Part shown: positions 28,805-38,601 of the stretch, in pieces | Layout: every line of letters begins with the position of its first letter | How positions within the stretch are numbered: position 1 is the stretch's first letter | NCBI GenBank assembly: GCA_902797845.1 | Contig: CADBUJ010000066.1 | Location: forward strand, 1,399-65,398 | DNA length: 64,000 bases | Reading direction: 5' to 3' | Source: an uncultured Eubacteriales bacterium | GTDB taxonomy: Bacteria; Bacillota; Clostridia; Lachnospirales; Lachnospiraceae | The notes under the pieces: generated by a model | Told to the model about the DNA's origin: nothing | The model's database searches: none | Seen by the model: the letters and a program-made list of their open reading frames with translations, nothing else | Made by a program: the position numbers and the translations under genes

Positions 28805-29509
28805 ATGCCATTACTTACCATAAAGGATCTGTATCTCGGATACGAGGGAGAGGCCATAATAGAAGGCCTTTCCTTCAGCATAAATGAGGGAGATTATCTT
28901 TGCATCGTAGGAGAGAACGGCTCCGGAAAGACAACTCTCATGAAGACTCTCCTGGGGCTTCAGTCTCCCATGAAGGGAGAGATAATAAGAGGTGACGGCC
29001 TTAAGAAAACCGAGATAGGATATCTTCCCCAGCAGACTATAGTTCAAAAGGATTTTCCCGCATCCGTAAAGGAGATAGTTCTATCCGGATGTCAGGGAAG
29101 AGCAGGCCTTCGGCCTTTCTATTCCAAAGAAGAAAAGGCACTTGCAGAAGAAAAGATGGCAAGGATGGGGATAAAGGAGCTTAAAAACAAATGCTACAGG
29201 AACCTTTCCGGGGGCCAGCAGCAGAGGGTCCTTCTGGCAAGGGCGCTTATGGCGACGGGCAAGATCCTCCTTCTGGATGAGCCTGTTTCAGGCCTTGATC
29301 CGAAGGTTACGGCAGATATGTATTCGCTCATAAAGGAGCTTAATAATGACGGAATAACCATAATCATGATATCTCATGATGTGGGAGCCGCAGTAAAATA
29401 TGCCAGTCATATCCTTCATATCGGCAATTCCGTATATTTCGGCACCAGAGAAGAATATGTAAAAAGCGATACAGGCAGATTATTTCTTGAAGAAAGGAGA
29501 GGGGAATAA
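28805..29509 (+). CDS. znuC: Zinc ABC transporter ATP-binding protein
   Basis: Walker A GENGSGKTT, signature LSGGQQQR, Walker B LLLDEP. Confidence 0.85.
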   Translation: MPLLTIKDLYLGYEGEAIIEGLSFSINEGDYLCIVGENGSGKTTLMKTLLGLQSPMKGEIIRGDGLKKTEIGYLPQQTIVQKDFPASVKEIVLSGCQGRAGLRPFYSKEEKALAEEKMARMGIKELKNKCYRNLSGGQQQRVLLARALMATGKILLLDEPVSGLDPKVTADMYSLIKELNNDGITIIMISHDVGAAVKYASHILHIGNSVYFGTREEYVKSDTGRLFLEERRGE

Positions 29510-30348
29510 TGGAAAAGCTTTTGATGTATCTCGAATATCCATTTGTTCGCTATGCCATCATAGTGGGAGTGCTGGTTGCTCTCTGCTCCTCTCTTCTGGG
29601 AGTAACGCTTGTCCTTAAAAGATATTCCTTTATAGGAGACGGTCTTTCCCATGTGGCTTTCGGCGCAACAGCCATTGCCAGTGTGGTTAATCTTACGAAC
29701 GAAATGCTTCTGGTGATGCCTGTTACCATCATCAGCGCCGTACTGCTCCTCAGAAAAGGGCAGAACGCCAAGATAAAGGGAGATGCGGCCATTGCCATGA
29801 TATCTGTCGGGGCTCTGGCCTTCGGATATTTGATCATGAATGTATTCTCCACATCATCAAACCTTTCAGGTGATGTGTGTACCACTCTTTTCGGTTCCAC
29901 CTCCATACTTACACTTACATCTACGGAGGTTTGGCTTTCGGTGGTTTTATCAATAGCTGTATTAACGATATTTGTGGTATTCTATAACAAAATATTCGCA
30001 GTTACATTTGACGAGGATTTTTCCAGAGCTTCTGGCACAAAGGTGGACAGATACAACCTGCTTATAGCAGTTGTTATAGCGGTTATCATAGTGCTTGCCA
30101 TGAACCTTGTGGGATCGCTTTTGATATCGGCACTGGTGATATTTCCCGCCTTGTCTGCCATGCGTCTTTTTTCAAACTTTAAAATGGTTACCATAAGCTC
30201 TGCTGTTATATCTGTTGTATGTGCAGCTGCAGGCCTTATTATATCCATACTGGCCGGGACGCCTGTAGGATCCACCATTGTGGCTGTAGATGTGGCGGCA
30301 TTTCTTATATGCCTTGCAGCAGGTTCCTTAAAAGGAGGATTAAGATGA
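29509..30348 (+). CDS. znuB: Zinc ABC transporter permease
   Basis: Polytopic ABC-3 type permease. Its start overlaps the znuC stop. Confidence 0.85.
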   Translation: MEKLLMYLEYPFVRYAIIVGVLVALCSSLLGVTLVLKRYSFIGDGLSHVAFGATAIASVVNLTNEMLLVMPVTIISAVLLLRKGQNAKIKGDAAIAMISVGALAFGYLIMNVFSTSSNLSGDVCTTLFGSTSILTLTSTEVWLSVVLSIAVLTIFVVFYNKIFAVTFDEDFSRASGTKVDRYNLLIAVVIAVIIVLAMNLVGSLLISALVIFPALSAMRLFSNFKMVTISSAVISVVCAAAGLIISILAGTPVGSTIVAVDVAAFLICLAAGSLKGGLR

Positions 30349-30923
30349 TCAGAAAGATATTCACATTAGTTTTAACGGGAATGCTCCTTCTTTTTGTCTC
30401 TGCATGCGGAGACAGCGGGGAAAGCCGTTCTTCCGGCAGCAAGACCCAGGGAGTTGATGATGTACTGGAATCGGGAGCCGCTTCTGCAGATCAGGATGAA
30501 ACCGGCCGACAGAGCGGAGTCAGCGAAAATGCACCGGAACCGGAGGAAGTGGCAGATGATGCCGTATTAAGCAATACAGAAGGCATCGATATAGATCTTA
30601 CGACTCTTTCCAGCACCATGGTCTATTCGGAAGTCTATAACATGATGAATGTACCGGAGGATTACATAGGTAAGACCGTTAAAATGGAAGGCAGCTTTGC
30701 CTATTATCATGATGAGGCCAACGACCAGTATTATTTCGCCTGTGTTATCTCCGACGCAGCTGCCTGCTGTGCTCAGGGGATGGAATTCGTTCTTGAGGGA
30801 GACTACACTTTCCCCGAGGATTATCCCGAGGAAGGCGAGACCATAAGGGTGGCCGGAGAATTTGACACGTATTACGAAGGACAATATCAGTACTGTACAT
30901 TAAGAAACGCCAGCTTTGTATAA
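30345..30923 (+). CDS. Lipoprotein of unknown function with conserved-looking CC motif, last gene of the znu operon
   Basis: AAAGGAGG RBS. ATG 30345 overlaps the znuB stop (ATGA). Lipobox LLFVSAC. C-terminal domain with FACVISDAAACCAQGMEF. Confidence 0.6.
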   Translation: MIRKIFTLVLTGMLLLFVSACGDSGESRSSGSKTQGVDDVLESGAASADQDETGRQSGVSENAPEPEEVADDAVLSNTEGIDIDLTTLSSTMVYSEVYNMMNVPEDYIGKTVKMEGSFAYYHDEANDQYYFACVISDAAACCAQGMEFVLEGDYTFPEDYPEEGETIRVAGEFDTYYEGQYQYCTLRNASFV

Positions 30924-30974
30924 AAAGCTTTTTACTCATAAATCATACGCAGAAGACCATATATAAAAGATCAA

Positions 30975-30998
30975 AGCTCCCTGTAAGGGGGCTTTTTT
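30975..30998 (+). terminator. Intrinsic terminator after the znu operon
   Basis: AGCTCCC-TGTA-AGGGGGCT followed by TTTTTT. Confidence 0.7.
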
Positions 30999-31116
30999 CA
31001 AAATATAAATGATCAATTGTTACCAAAGACCCTTAAAGGGGTACATTATAGTCAGAAGACCTGACATCCCTAAAGGGTCTGCAAGCGGTCAGGCAGTTTC
31101 ATAGAGGTGCACATTT

Positions 31117-31677
31117 ATGGAAGACGGCAAGATCATAGAGTTGTATTGGAACAGGGACGAGAAAGCCATAGAAGAGACAAAAAGCGCTTACGGGAATTAT
31201 CTGGAAGCGATCTCTGCCCGCATCCTTAAGGACAAAAGAGATGCAGAGGAGTGTGTCAGCGATACATACCTTGGAGCCTGGAACAGTATCCCTCCCGAAA
31301 GACCGGGGATCCTTTCGGCCTATTTGGCCAGGATCACAAGGAATCTGTCCCTTAAGAAGCTCAGGGACAGAAGTGCCCTGAAAAGAGGGGGAGGGGAAAC
31401 AGAGATCGTGTTTCACGAGCTGGAGGATGTGCTCTTTGAGCATAACGGTATAGAAGACGCTCTTTCCCTGAAGGAGCTTTCATCCCATATAAGCAGATTT
31501 CTTGAAACAAGAAAAAAGTCTGAAAGGCAGGTCTTTATAAGAAGATATTTCTATTTTGATTCCGTTGAGGATATAAGCCGGGGCTTCGGCTACAGCATCG
31601 GTAAGGTGAAGATGATGCTGAAGAGGACAAGGGACTCCTTAAGAGAAGCTCTGGAAAAGGAGGGAATATTCGTATGA
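31117..31677 (+). CDS. ECF (sigma-70 family) RNA polymerase sigma factor
   Basis: 186 aa with region 2 (ECVSDTYLGAW) and region 4 HTH (RRYFYFDSVEDISRGFGYSIGKVKMMLKRTR). Confidence 0.85.
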   Translation: MEDGKIIELYWNRDEKAIEETKSAYGNYLEAISARILKDKRDAEECVSDTYLGAWNSIPPERPGILSAYLARITRNLSLKKLRDRSALKRGGGETEIVFHELEDVLFEHNGIEDALSLKELSSHISRFLETRKKSERQVFIRRYFYFDSVEDISRGFGYSIGKVKMMLKRTRDSLREALEKEGIFV

Positions 31678-33134
31678 AAGGCGACAACGAGATAAAAGAG
31701 GCTGTTGACATCATAAAGGAAAAGGAACGTAAGGAAAGGCTGGAGAAGGATACGGAAAAAATATCCGATGCCATTGGTCTTATAAACGATAAGCTTGTAA
31801 AGGAAAGCGAAAAGCCTTCCGGGAATAAGAATAAATGGTATAAGGCCGCAGCAGCGGCAGCCTGCTTCCTATTGGTAGGGACCATAGCAATTTCCAGGCT
31901 TGGGATAGGAAAGAATCCGGAAACGGATATACCTGTTGAAGTAAACGAAGACAAAACGGCAGAAGTGGCTCCCGGAAAAGACGGAAAGGGAGATGCAGAA
32001 TCTCCGGTGATCTCTGCCGATACAACAGATCCGGCCGGAGGGAGCGAGGCATCTTTTGACAGTGCAGGAAGCGACGGAGCAGAAGCAGGCTACGGCGGCG
32101 AGGGAATTGGAAATATAACGGGAGAGCCCTTCGTGCTCACCGGAGCACGGTGGAATGACAATGATAACTGGCCGTTCTTGATCAACCTGGTTAACAGCGG
32201 TACCATAACATTTCCTTCCTTCGGCATAGATCCCAGGAACAGGATAAAGGTAAATGTTTCAGGTGGCGGAGCTCCTCTCTTCGGGGAAACAGTGGAGCTT
32301 CTGGACAAGGAGGAAAATGTTGTTTTTACGGCAAGAACGGACAGAGAAGGTATCGCATACCTTTTCGTCCCTGAAGGGGCAGAGGCATCACAGGTAAGAT
32401 GCAACGGTATAACTGAATCTCTCACGATCACGGAAGCGGATCCGGAAAATTCTCAGGGAGATCCCGTTATAAGAACTGCGGAAGAGATAAGCATCGAGAC
32501 AGAAAAAAGGGCAGAGGCCATAACAGATCTTCAGGTAATGTTCATAGTTGATACAACAGGATCCATGGGCGACGAACTGGCATATCTGCAGAAGGACTTC
32601 GCAGCCATAGCTGATGATGCCGGAAACAGCGGCATAACATATTCCGTCAATTTCTACAGAGATGAAGGTGACGAATATGTAACAAGGACAAATGGCTTTA
32701 CTGATGATATAGAGGAAGTTAAGGCACTTTTAAATAAGGAATATGCCGACGGCGGCGGAGACACTCCAGAAGCGGTGGCAGACATATTAAGAGATACGAT
32801 CACAAATAATGATCTGTGGTCAGAGACATCAGAGAAGATAGCATTTCTCATATTCGATGCTCCTCCTCATTACGGCACGGAAGGTGTTATTAAAGAAGCC
32901 ATAGAAAGTGCGGCAGAAAGAGGCATACATATGATTCCCGTGGTGGCTTCCAATTCCGAAAGAGAGACAGAGCTCTTCGGAAGGGCGATCTCCATCATGA
33001 CGAACGGGGAATATGTCTTCCTTACAGACGATTCCGGCGTGGGAGATTCTCATCTTGAGCCAATAGTAGGGGATTATAATGTAGAGCTCCTTCATGACAT
33101 CATCGTACAGATCATAGAAGAATATAAGATCTGA
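31674..33134 (+). CDS. Single-pass membrane protein with extracytoplasmic vWA domain, putative anti-sigma factor
   Basis: 4-nt overlap with the sigma gene. Short charged cytoplasmic N-terminus and TM AAAAAACFLLVGTIAI. vWA MIDAS MFIVDTTGSMGDE. Confidence 0.55.
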   Translation: MKGDNEIKEAVDIIKEKERKERLEKDTEKISDAIGLINDKLVKESEKPSGNKNKWYKAAAAAACFLLVGTIAISRLGIGKNPETDIPVEVNEDKTAEVAPGKDGKGDAESPVISADTTDPAGGSEASFDSAGSDGAEAGYGGEGIGNITGEPFVLTGARWNDNDNWPFLINLVNSGTITFPSFGIDPRNRIKVNVSGGGAPLFGETVELLDKEENVVFTARTDREGIAYLFVPEGAEASQVRCNGITESLTITEADPENSQGDPVIRTAEEISIETEKRAEAITDLQVMFIVDTTGSMGDELAYLQKDFAAIADDAGNSGITYSVNFYRDEGDEYVTRTNGFTDDIEEVKALLNKEYADGGGDTPEAVADILRDTITNNDLWSETSEKIAFLIFDAPPHYGTEGVIKEAIESAAERGIHMIPVVASNSERETELFGRAISIMTNGEYVFLTDDSGVGDSHLEPIVGDYNVELLHDIIVQIIEEYKI

Positions 33135-33252
33135 ATATCACTTGTCCGTGAACAGGCAGAGCATCATTAAGATGACTCTGCCTGTTTTCGGGAAAAACAA
33201 AAGGTTTTGGGGTATAATAAACAAAAGACCCGGAAACTTAAGAGGGATGAGC

Positions 33253-34377
33253 ATGAAAAAGAAATTGGTTTTATTTATCCTGACAGGTTTTATGATATGC
33301 CTTTTTGCAGCAGGCTGCGGACTTGGGGATATAGATCTTAATAAGTATCTTTCGGTGGATTTTACCGGCTACAACGGATACGGAAGGGCCACCGTAAACT
33401 TTGATTTCGAAAAGCTGGTGGAGGGGCACGAAGATAAGCTTGCCAATACTACCTTTTACGAAATGGCATATGCGGCCTGGGGAAACCTGGACCGCAGCGA
33501 ATCCTTAAGCAACGGCGAAAGGGTGGAATTTACGTGGACCATAGACCAGGATGCCCTAAAGGCCTTTGAAGATACTTATGATGTAAAGATAAGATACAGA
33601 GACACATCATTTAAGGTATCAGGGCTTACTCCCACGGAAGATCTTATACAGGTGGATCCCTTTCAGCATGTGGATGTTACCTTTAAGGGCGAATCGGGAG
33701 AGGCATCCATAGTAATAACGGATCATAACGGGCTTGAGGGCCTTACCTTCGAAGTGGATAAATATAACGGTCTTAAAAACGGGGAGGAAGTAAAAGTATA
33801 TGCTTCCTTTGACGACGAGACCATGATGGATGACGGATTCTTTATAACTGTCAGGGAAAAGACGTATACGGTTTCGGGATTAACGGAGCTTGTGGATGGC
33901 TTTGACCGCATTACAAAGGATGCAGACAGCCGTATGGATAAAGCCTTAAGGGACATTATCGTAAATGATGCCAAAGAGGAGTGGACATACGGGGAAAGAG
34001 GCATAACGGATATTTCCCTTGTAAACAGAGTCTTTCTTAAAAGAAAGGAAGGATATTTGGGCCCCGGCAACATGGTATGCTACATATACAGGATACTTGC
34101 GGGTGATACGGCAGACGAAAAGGTGGAGTATTACTGGTACGGCTGTTTTTCGGATCTAAAACGTACCGGAGATAATACGGATATGAAAATGGAAGAAGCG
34201 GCGATGCCTTTTGCATCATTAAAATGGTATATGGTCGCAGGAGACTGCTGCAGCACGGGAAATACGGACAAAGAAGGGGCTCTGTATTATTACAAGGGCT
34301 TCAGAGAGGAAGCGGATGTCCTTAACAGGATAAGAGAAAGATACGGACAGGAATATGATATAGAAAAAGAAAAATAA
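33253..34377 (+). CDS. Lipoprotein of unknown function
   Basis: AGAGGG before ATG 33247/33253. Signal and lipobox MKKKLVLFILTGFMICLFAAGC. The ORF track start at 33142 is an upstream extension. Confidence 0.5.
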   Translation: MKKKLVLFILTGFMICLFAAGCGLGDIDLNKYLSVDFTGYNGYGRATVNFDFEKLVEGHEDKLANTTFYEMAYAAWGNLDRSESLSNGERVEFTWTIDQDALKAFEDTYDVKIRYRDTSFKVSGLTPTEDLIQVDPFQHVDVTFKGESGEASIVITDHNGLEGLTFEVDKYNGLKNGEEVKVYASFDDETMMDDGFFITVREKTYTVSGLTELVDGFDRITKDADSRMDKALRDIIVNDAKEEWTYGERGITDISLVNRVFLKRKEGYLGPGNMVCYIYRILAGDTADEKVEYYWYGCFSDLKRTGDNTDMKMEEAAMPFASLKWYMVAGDCCSTGNTDKEGALYYYKGFREEADVLNRIRERYGQEYDIEKEK

Positions 34378-34395
34378 ATATAAATATAAATAATA

Positions 34396-34430
34396 AAAAG
34401 TGCCGGACTTACGACCGGCACTTTTATTTT
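34396..34430. terminator. Bidirectional intrinsic terminator between the lipoprotein gene and proC
   Basis: AAAAGTGCCGG-loop-CCGGCACTTTT with T/A runs on both sides. Confidence 0.75.
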
Positions 34431-34433
34431 CTC

Positions 34434-35234
34434 TTACATCTTTTTGCTTTTTTCCAGACAGGCCTCCATGCCTTCCTTTATTATTCCCTGAAGATCTCTT
34501 TCTGTAAAAACATTTACTGCCTCGATGGTGGTGCCTCCCGGGGAGCACACATTCTGCCTGAGCTTAAGAGGTGTTTCACCTGTTTCCGATACCATGGCGG
34601 CAGCACCCGTAACGGAAGTACATACGAAGGTCCTCGCCTCCTCCGGATCCATACCCTTTGAAACCGCAAAGTCCATCATGGCCTCTATTACCATATAGAT
34701 GTATGCAGGGGAGCTGCCGCTTACGGCAGTAACAAGATCCATCATGCTCTCTGGCACATTTATTGCCGTGCCGAAGCAGCTTAGGATCCTGCCTGCAAGA
34801 GCCTTGTCCTCTGCCGAAACATTATCTTTGCAGCAATAGCCGGTCATGCCCTTTCCAATAAGAGCAGGTGTATTGGGCATTGCTCTTATGAGCCTTATAT
34901 CCTTCTTAAAAAATTCCGTGATCCGTTCCGTGGTCTGGCCTGCGGCTATGGAGATAATAAGTGCATCATCCTTTATATGGTTACGGATGCCTTCTATAAC
35001 ATCACCAAACAAGCCGGGCTTTACGGCCAGTATAAGAATATCGCTTACCCGAGAAACGGCGCTGTTTTCCGTAAATGCATTTATTCCGAAGCTTTCCTTT
35101 AAAGATATAAGGGATCCCTCTGTTTTTACAGAGGCAAAAATGTTTCGGGCAGGTACCAGATCGTTTTTAATGATGCCGGAAACCATGGCTTTTCCCATAT
35201 TTCCGCAGCCTATAAATCCTATGTTCATGTGCAA
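34434..35234 (-). CDS. proC: Pyrroline-5-carboxylate reductase
   Basis: NADP fold IGFIGCGNMGKAM. C-terminal SPGGTTIEA motif. Confidence 0.9.
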   Translation of the reverse strand: MHMNIGFIGCGNMGKAMVSGIIKNDLVPARNIFASVKTEGSLISLKESFGINAFTENSAVSRVSDILILAVKPGLFGDVIEGIRNHIKDDALIISIAAGQTTERITEFFKKDIRLIRAMPNTPALIGKGMTGYCCKDNVSAEDKALAGRILSCFGTAINVPESMMDLVTAVSGSSPAYIYMVIEAMMDFAVSKGMDPEEARTFVCTSVTGAAAMVSETGETPLKLRQNVCSPGGTTIEAVNVFTERDLQGIIKEGMEACLEKSKKM

Positions 35235-35253
35235 ACTCCTTCAGTATGATAGA

Positions 35254-36189
35254 TCAGGTGCGACGTATGTTAGAGTCAAAAAACTTATTGTAGCCAAGCC
35301 ACGTATCTTCGGGCCGGGCATTATCAAGGGCTTCCTTAAAGGTCTGGGCTCTGGCATCCATGTTGTCAGCCATATGGAGTGCAAGGGCCTCGATAAGCTC
35401 CGGCTTCTTGGGAGAACCGTATTCCAGCTGACCGTGATGAGATGCTATGCAATGAAGGAACTCCGTTCTGAGGAGAGGCGGAAAGCCGTCTATCTTATCT
35501 ATCTCATGGCTTAACATATCAAGACCGATGATGATGTGACCCAGCATATATCCTTCGTCGGAAAAATCATTCTGGGGAAGAGCGGTAAGCTCCTTCGTTT
35601 TTCCTATATCGTGGCAAAGGGCGGAAGCCATTAAAAGATCCCTGTTTAAAAAATCGTAATGGCTGCTGTAGAAATCGCAGATGTCTGCCACCGAAACAGT
35701 ATGCTCCAAAAGCCCGCCCATAAAGCTGTGGTGGATGGTCTTTGCAGCTGAATGGGATGCAAAGATCCTGGCAAAGGCTCTGTCCTTTATAAATAGATTC
35801 TCGCAAAGCTGCTTTAAATGAGGCTCTTTTATGGAGTCTATATATGACATAAGGGCCTTGTAGAGGATGTCCCTGTCCTTATCCGTGGAAGGGATATAAT
35901 CCTGAATATTGTATTCTCCCTCCGATGCCTTTCTTACTCTTGTTATATTAAGCTGCGGAGCGTCTTTAAAGATCGTGACCGTGGCATCTACCTGAATAAG
36001 ATCCATGGGTTCAAAGCTTTCGATGGCATTGGTAAGATCCCATACCTTGCCGTCTATCTGACCTGTTTTGTCCTGCAGGACAAGGGCATAATAGTTCTTG
36101 CCGTTTTTTGCGATCTGCGTAAGCTTTGTTTTACAAAGGTATATTTCCCTGACGGAATCGCCTTCTTTAAGTGATGCTATCTCTCTCAT
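35254..36189 (-). CDS. yhaM: 3'-5' exoribonuclease YhaM-like (OB fold plus HD domain)
   Basis: ATG 36189 (MREIASLKEGD). OB-fold N-terminus. HD domain motifs HSFMGGLLEHT and CHDIGK. Confidence 0.8.
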   Translation of the reverse strand: MREIASLKEGDSVREIYLCKTKLTQIAKNGKNYYALVLQDKTGQIDGKVWDLTNAIESFEPMDLIQVDATVTIFKDAPQLNITRVRKASEGEYNIQDYIPSTDKDRDILYKALMSYIDSIKEPHLKQLCENLFIKDRAFARIFASHSAAKTIHHSFMGGLLEHTVSVADICDFYSSHYDFLNRDLLMASALCHDIGKTKELTALPQNDFSDEGYMLGHIIIGLDMLSHEIDKIDGFPPLLRTEFLHCIASHHGQLEYGSPKKPELIEALALHMADNMDARAQTFKEALDNARPEDTWLGYNKFFDSNIRRT

Positions 36190-36427
36190 TTTATCTCTGC
36201 CTTCTGTAAATCTTTTTGAAAATAATACAAATGGATTATAGCATAGGGCCGACGCAGGCAAAAGTGCTGTACTCACAAAGTGGGGGTATCAAAGCTGTCT
36301 GAAAGGCTATGTGCATGAATAGGGAAGCCCACATCATCTCTACATCATTTCTGGTGGCATAAAACATGAAAAATGTAATTTATAATTACAATATTTGTAA
36401 AAAAAATACAAAAAACGAGAAAATAAA

Positions 36428-36456
36428 TTGACATTGCGATTTAAGAATGCTATTAT
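36428..36456 (+). promoter_or_regulatory. Consensus sigma-A promoter driving the AT-rich island
   Basis: TTGACA, a 17-nt spacer, then TATTAT with TG at the extended -10 position. AAAGGAGGAGG RBS follows before ATG 36482. Confidence 0.6.
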
Positions 36457-36481
36457 TCGTACACAAAGGAGGAGGCTAGGA

Positions 36482-37738
36482 ATGCTTTTACAATTTAACG
36501 TTTCAAATTTTATGTCAATAAAAGATGAAATTACGCTAACAGCATTTGCAAATGCAAGCAAAGAACATGAAGATAGTTTAATTATTTGTGGAAAAGAAAG
36601 GGTATTGCCCACTCTTGCGATTTACGGGGCGAATGCTGCCGGTAAATCAAATATTTTCAAAGCCTTGACAAGGGCTATTATGCTGGTTCGTCTATCTAAC
36701 AATTTGCAAATCAATTCTCCGACAGGATTTGAACCGTTTTTGTTTGATGATAAATCTAGGAATGGTAAAACCAAGATAGATTTTCTGTTTTATCACAATG
36801 GAAAAAAATTTGAGTATGGATTTACGGCTGATAGACAGTACATATATGAGGAATACTTGTATGAATATAAGACGTCGAAGCCAACAATGATATTTGAGAG
36901 AACAAATATCAAAGACTTTAAGTTCACGACGGCATATAAGGATTTAGCGCAATACAAAGGGAAAAATACATCCAATAAACTATTTATGTGTACGGCAACT
37001 GCATGGAACTGCAAAGCAACAAAAGATGCATTCCTATGGTTCTCAGAAAGCATTGATACATATAATAAGTTTTCTTTTGATGACACGGATCAATTACTAG
37101 GTTATTTAGATATTCACAAAGATAACCCAGAAACAAAGAATTTCATGTTATCTTTACTTAAGCATGCAGAAATAAATATTCAAGATTACGAATTTGAATC
37201 ACAGGTAGTGGAGAATCCAAGCATACCATTACCACCGGGGATTACGATTGATCAGGCTTTATTTGGCGAGATGAAGCGATTTCGTCTAGAAACGGTACAC
37301 CAGATTGAGGATGAGAAAGGTAGATTTCAATCATATAGATTAAATTATGATCATGAATCAGAGGGGACTAAGAGATTGTTTGCTTATGGTCCTATTATCA
37401 TGGATGCATTGAAAAAAGGAAGAACAATAGTTATTGATGAAATTGACAATAGTTTACACACAAATTTGACTAGGTATTTGATAGGATTATTTAATGATTT
37501 AAGTGTAAATAGGAATGGAGCACAATTAATATTTAATTCCCATGATGTAAGCCTTCTTGATTTAGATTTGTTAAGGAGGGATCAAATCTATTTTGTTGAA
37601 AAGAACAACAAAACAGGGGTTACAGATCTTTATTCGCTGGCTGATTACTCTCCAAGGAAAAATGAGAATATTCAAAGGGGATATTTACAAGGCCGTTACG
37701 GAGCAATCCCGTTTATTTCTGGAGGGATTGAATGGTAA
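36482..37738 (+). CDS. ABC-type AAA ATPase (AAA_21/AAA_15-like, AbiLi/RloA-like)
   Basis: Walker A GANAAGKSN, signature-like ESEGTKRLF, Walker B IVIDEIDNSLH, H-loop FNSHD. No TM or nuclease domain. Confidence 0.8.
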   Translation: MLLQFNVSNFMSIKDEITLTAFANASKEHEDSLIICGKERVLPTLAIYGANAAGKSNIFKALTRAIMLVRLSNNLQINSPTGFEPFLFDDKSRNGKTKIDFLFYHNGKKFEYGFTADRQYIYEEYLYEYKTSKPTMIFERTNIKDFKFTTAYKDLAQYKGKNTSNKLFMCTATAWNCKATKDAFLWFSESIDTYNKFSFDDTDQLLGYLDIHKDNPETKNFMLSLLKHAEINIQDYEFESQVVENPSIPLPPGITIDQALFGEMKRFRLETVHQIEDEKGRFQSYRLNYDHESEGTKRLFAYGPIIMDALKKGRTIVIDEIDNSLHTNLTRYLIGLFNDLSVNRNGAQLIFNSHDVSLLDLDLLRRDQIYFVEKNNKTGVTDLYSLADYSPRKNENIQRGYLQGRYGAIPFISGGIEW

Positions 37739-38358
37739 AAAGAATTAAGAAAGTAACAAAAAATAGGGCAACACGTAGACGGAAAAAACTTATCATTATA
37801 GGGACAGAAGGGTTCAATAAAAGCGAAATACTCTATTTACATGAACTTGAGAAAAAACAAGAAGAGTATCATTTCCTGTTTGCACATGGAAACGAAACAG
37901 ACCCGGTTAAAATAGTGCGAAATACGGAAAGAATGGCTAGGATTGAAGAAATATCATATGAGGAAGGAGATATGGCTTTTAGCCTTTTTGATTTGGATTT
38001 AGATTCAGCAAAGGAGAAACAGCTAAAAAAAGCAAAGGAATTAGCTTTAAAGAATAACATCAAACTGATAACATCCAATCCATGTTTTGAAATATGGTAT
38101 TTGCAACACTTTGGATTTACTAGCAAGCCATTTGCAAGTTGCAATGCAGTTGTGAAAGAGCTTTTAAAGAAACTTCCCAAATATCAGAAGAATTACTGCG
38201 ATATTGATACGTTTTATCCACTGACAGAAGAAGCAATCTATAATTGTAAAAGACTAATTGAATTCCATAAAAACAATGGGGTAAGAAGTGAATTTGCTAA
38301 CCCAATAACGGGTGTGTATAAAATAGCGGAAATACTCTTTCATAAGGAAGATGTATAA
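37732..38358 (+). CDS. RloB-like (Toprim/OLD-related) protein, AbiLii-like
   Basis: Overlaps the ATPase stop by 7 nt. N-terminal KLIIIGTEGFNKSEILY (cf. RloB CEGxxTE) and C-terminal SNPCFEIWYLQHF (RloB signature). Confidence 0.7.
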   Translation: MVKRIKKVTKNRATRRRKKLIIIGTEGFNKSEILYLHELEKKQEEYHFLFAHGNETDPVKIVRNTERMARIEEISYEEGDMAFSLFDLDLDSAKEKQLKKAKELALKNNIKLITSNPCFEIWYLQHFGFTSKPFASCNAVVKELLKKLPKYQKNYCDIDTFYPLTEEAIYNCKRLIEFHKNNGVRSEFANPITGVYKIAEILFHKEDV

Positions 38359-38601
38359 AAAAGTTTAACGAAACCTTCGACTACTGATGAGCTCTGAAAG
38401 GGGGTGATAATAAATTGATTAGCAAAAGAAAAGCACCAAATGATTGCTGGAACAATCAACTTGGTGCAAGTCTTCGAATGGAATTCATTCGTTGTTGTAC
38501 GAAGATGATAACAAAATTCGGAGACATTTACAAGAAAAATTTGCCAAGGAAACAAGCTATGTGCATAACAAAAAAATGTTTTCGAAAGGAGAATATTATC
38601 T

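Noticed and set aside
34846-35514. 222-aa plus-strand ORF
   Set aside because: Antisense to proC and the end of yhaM, both with clear motifs on the minus strand.
36428-36481. ORF-track start at 36428 for the island ATPase
   Set aside because: The TTG at 36428 is the first base of the TTGACA -35 element. The AAAGGAGGAGG RBS precedes ATG 36482, and that start gives the typical N-terminus of this ATPase family.
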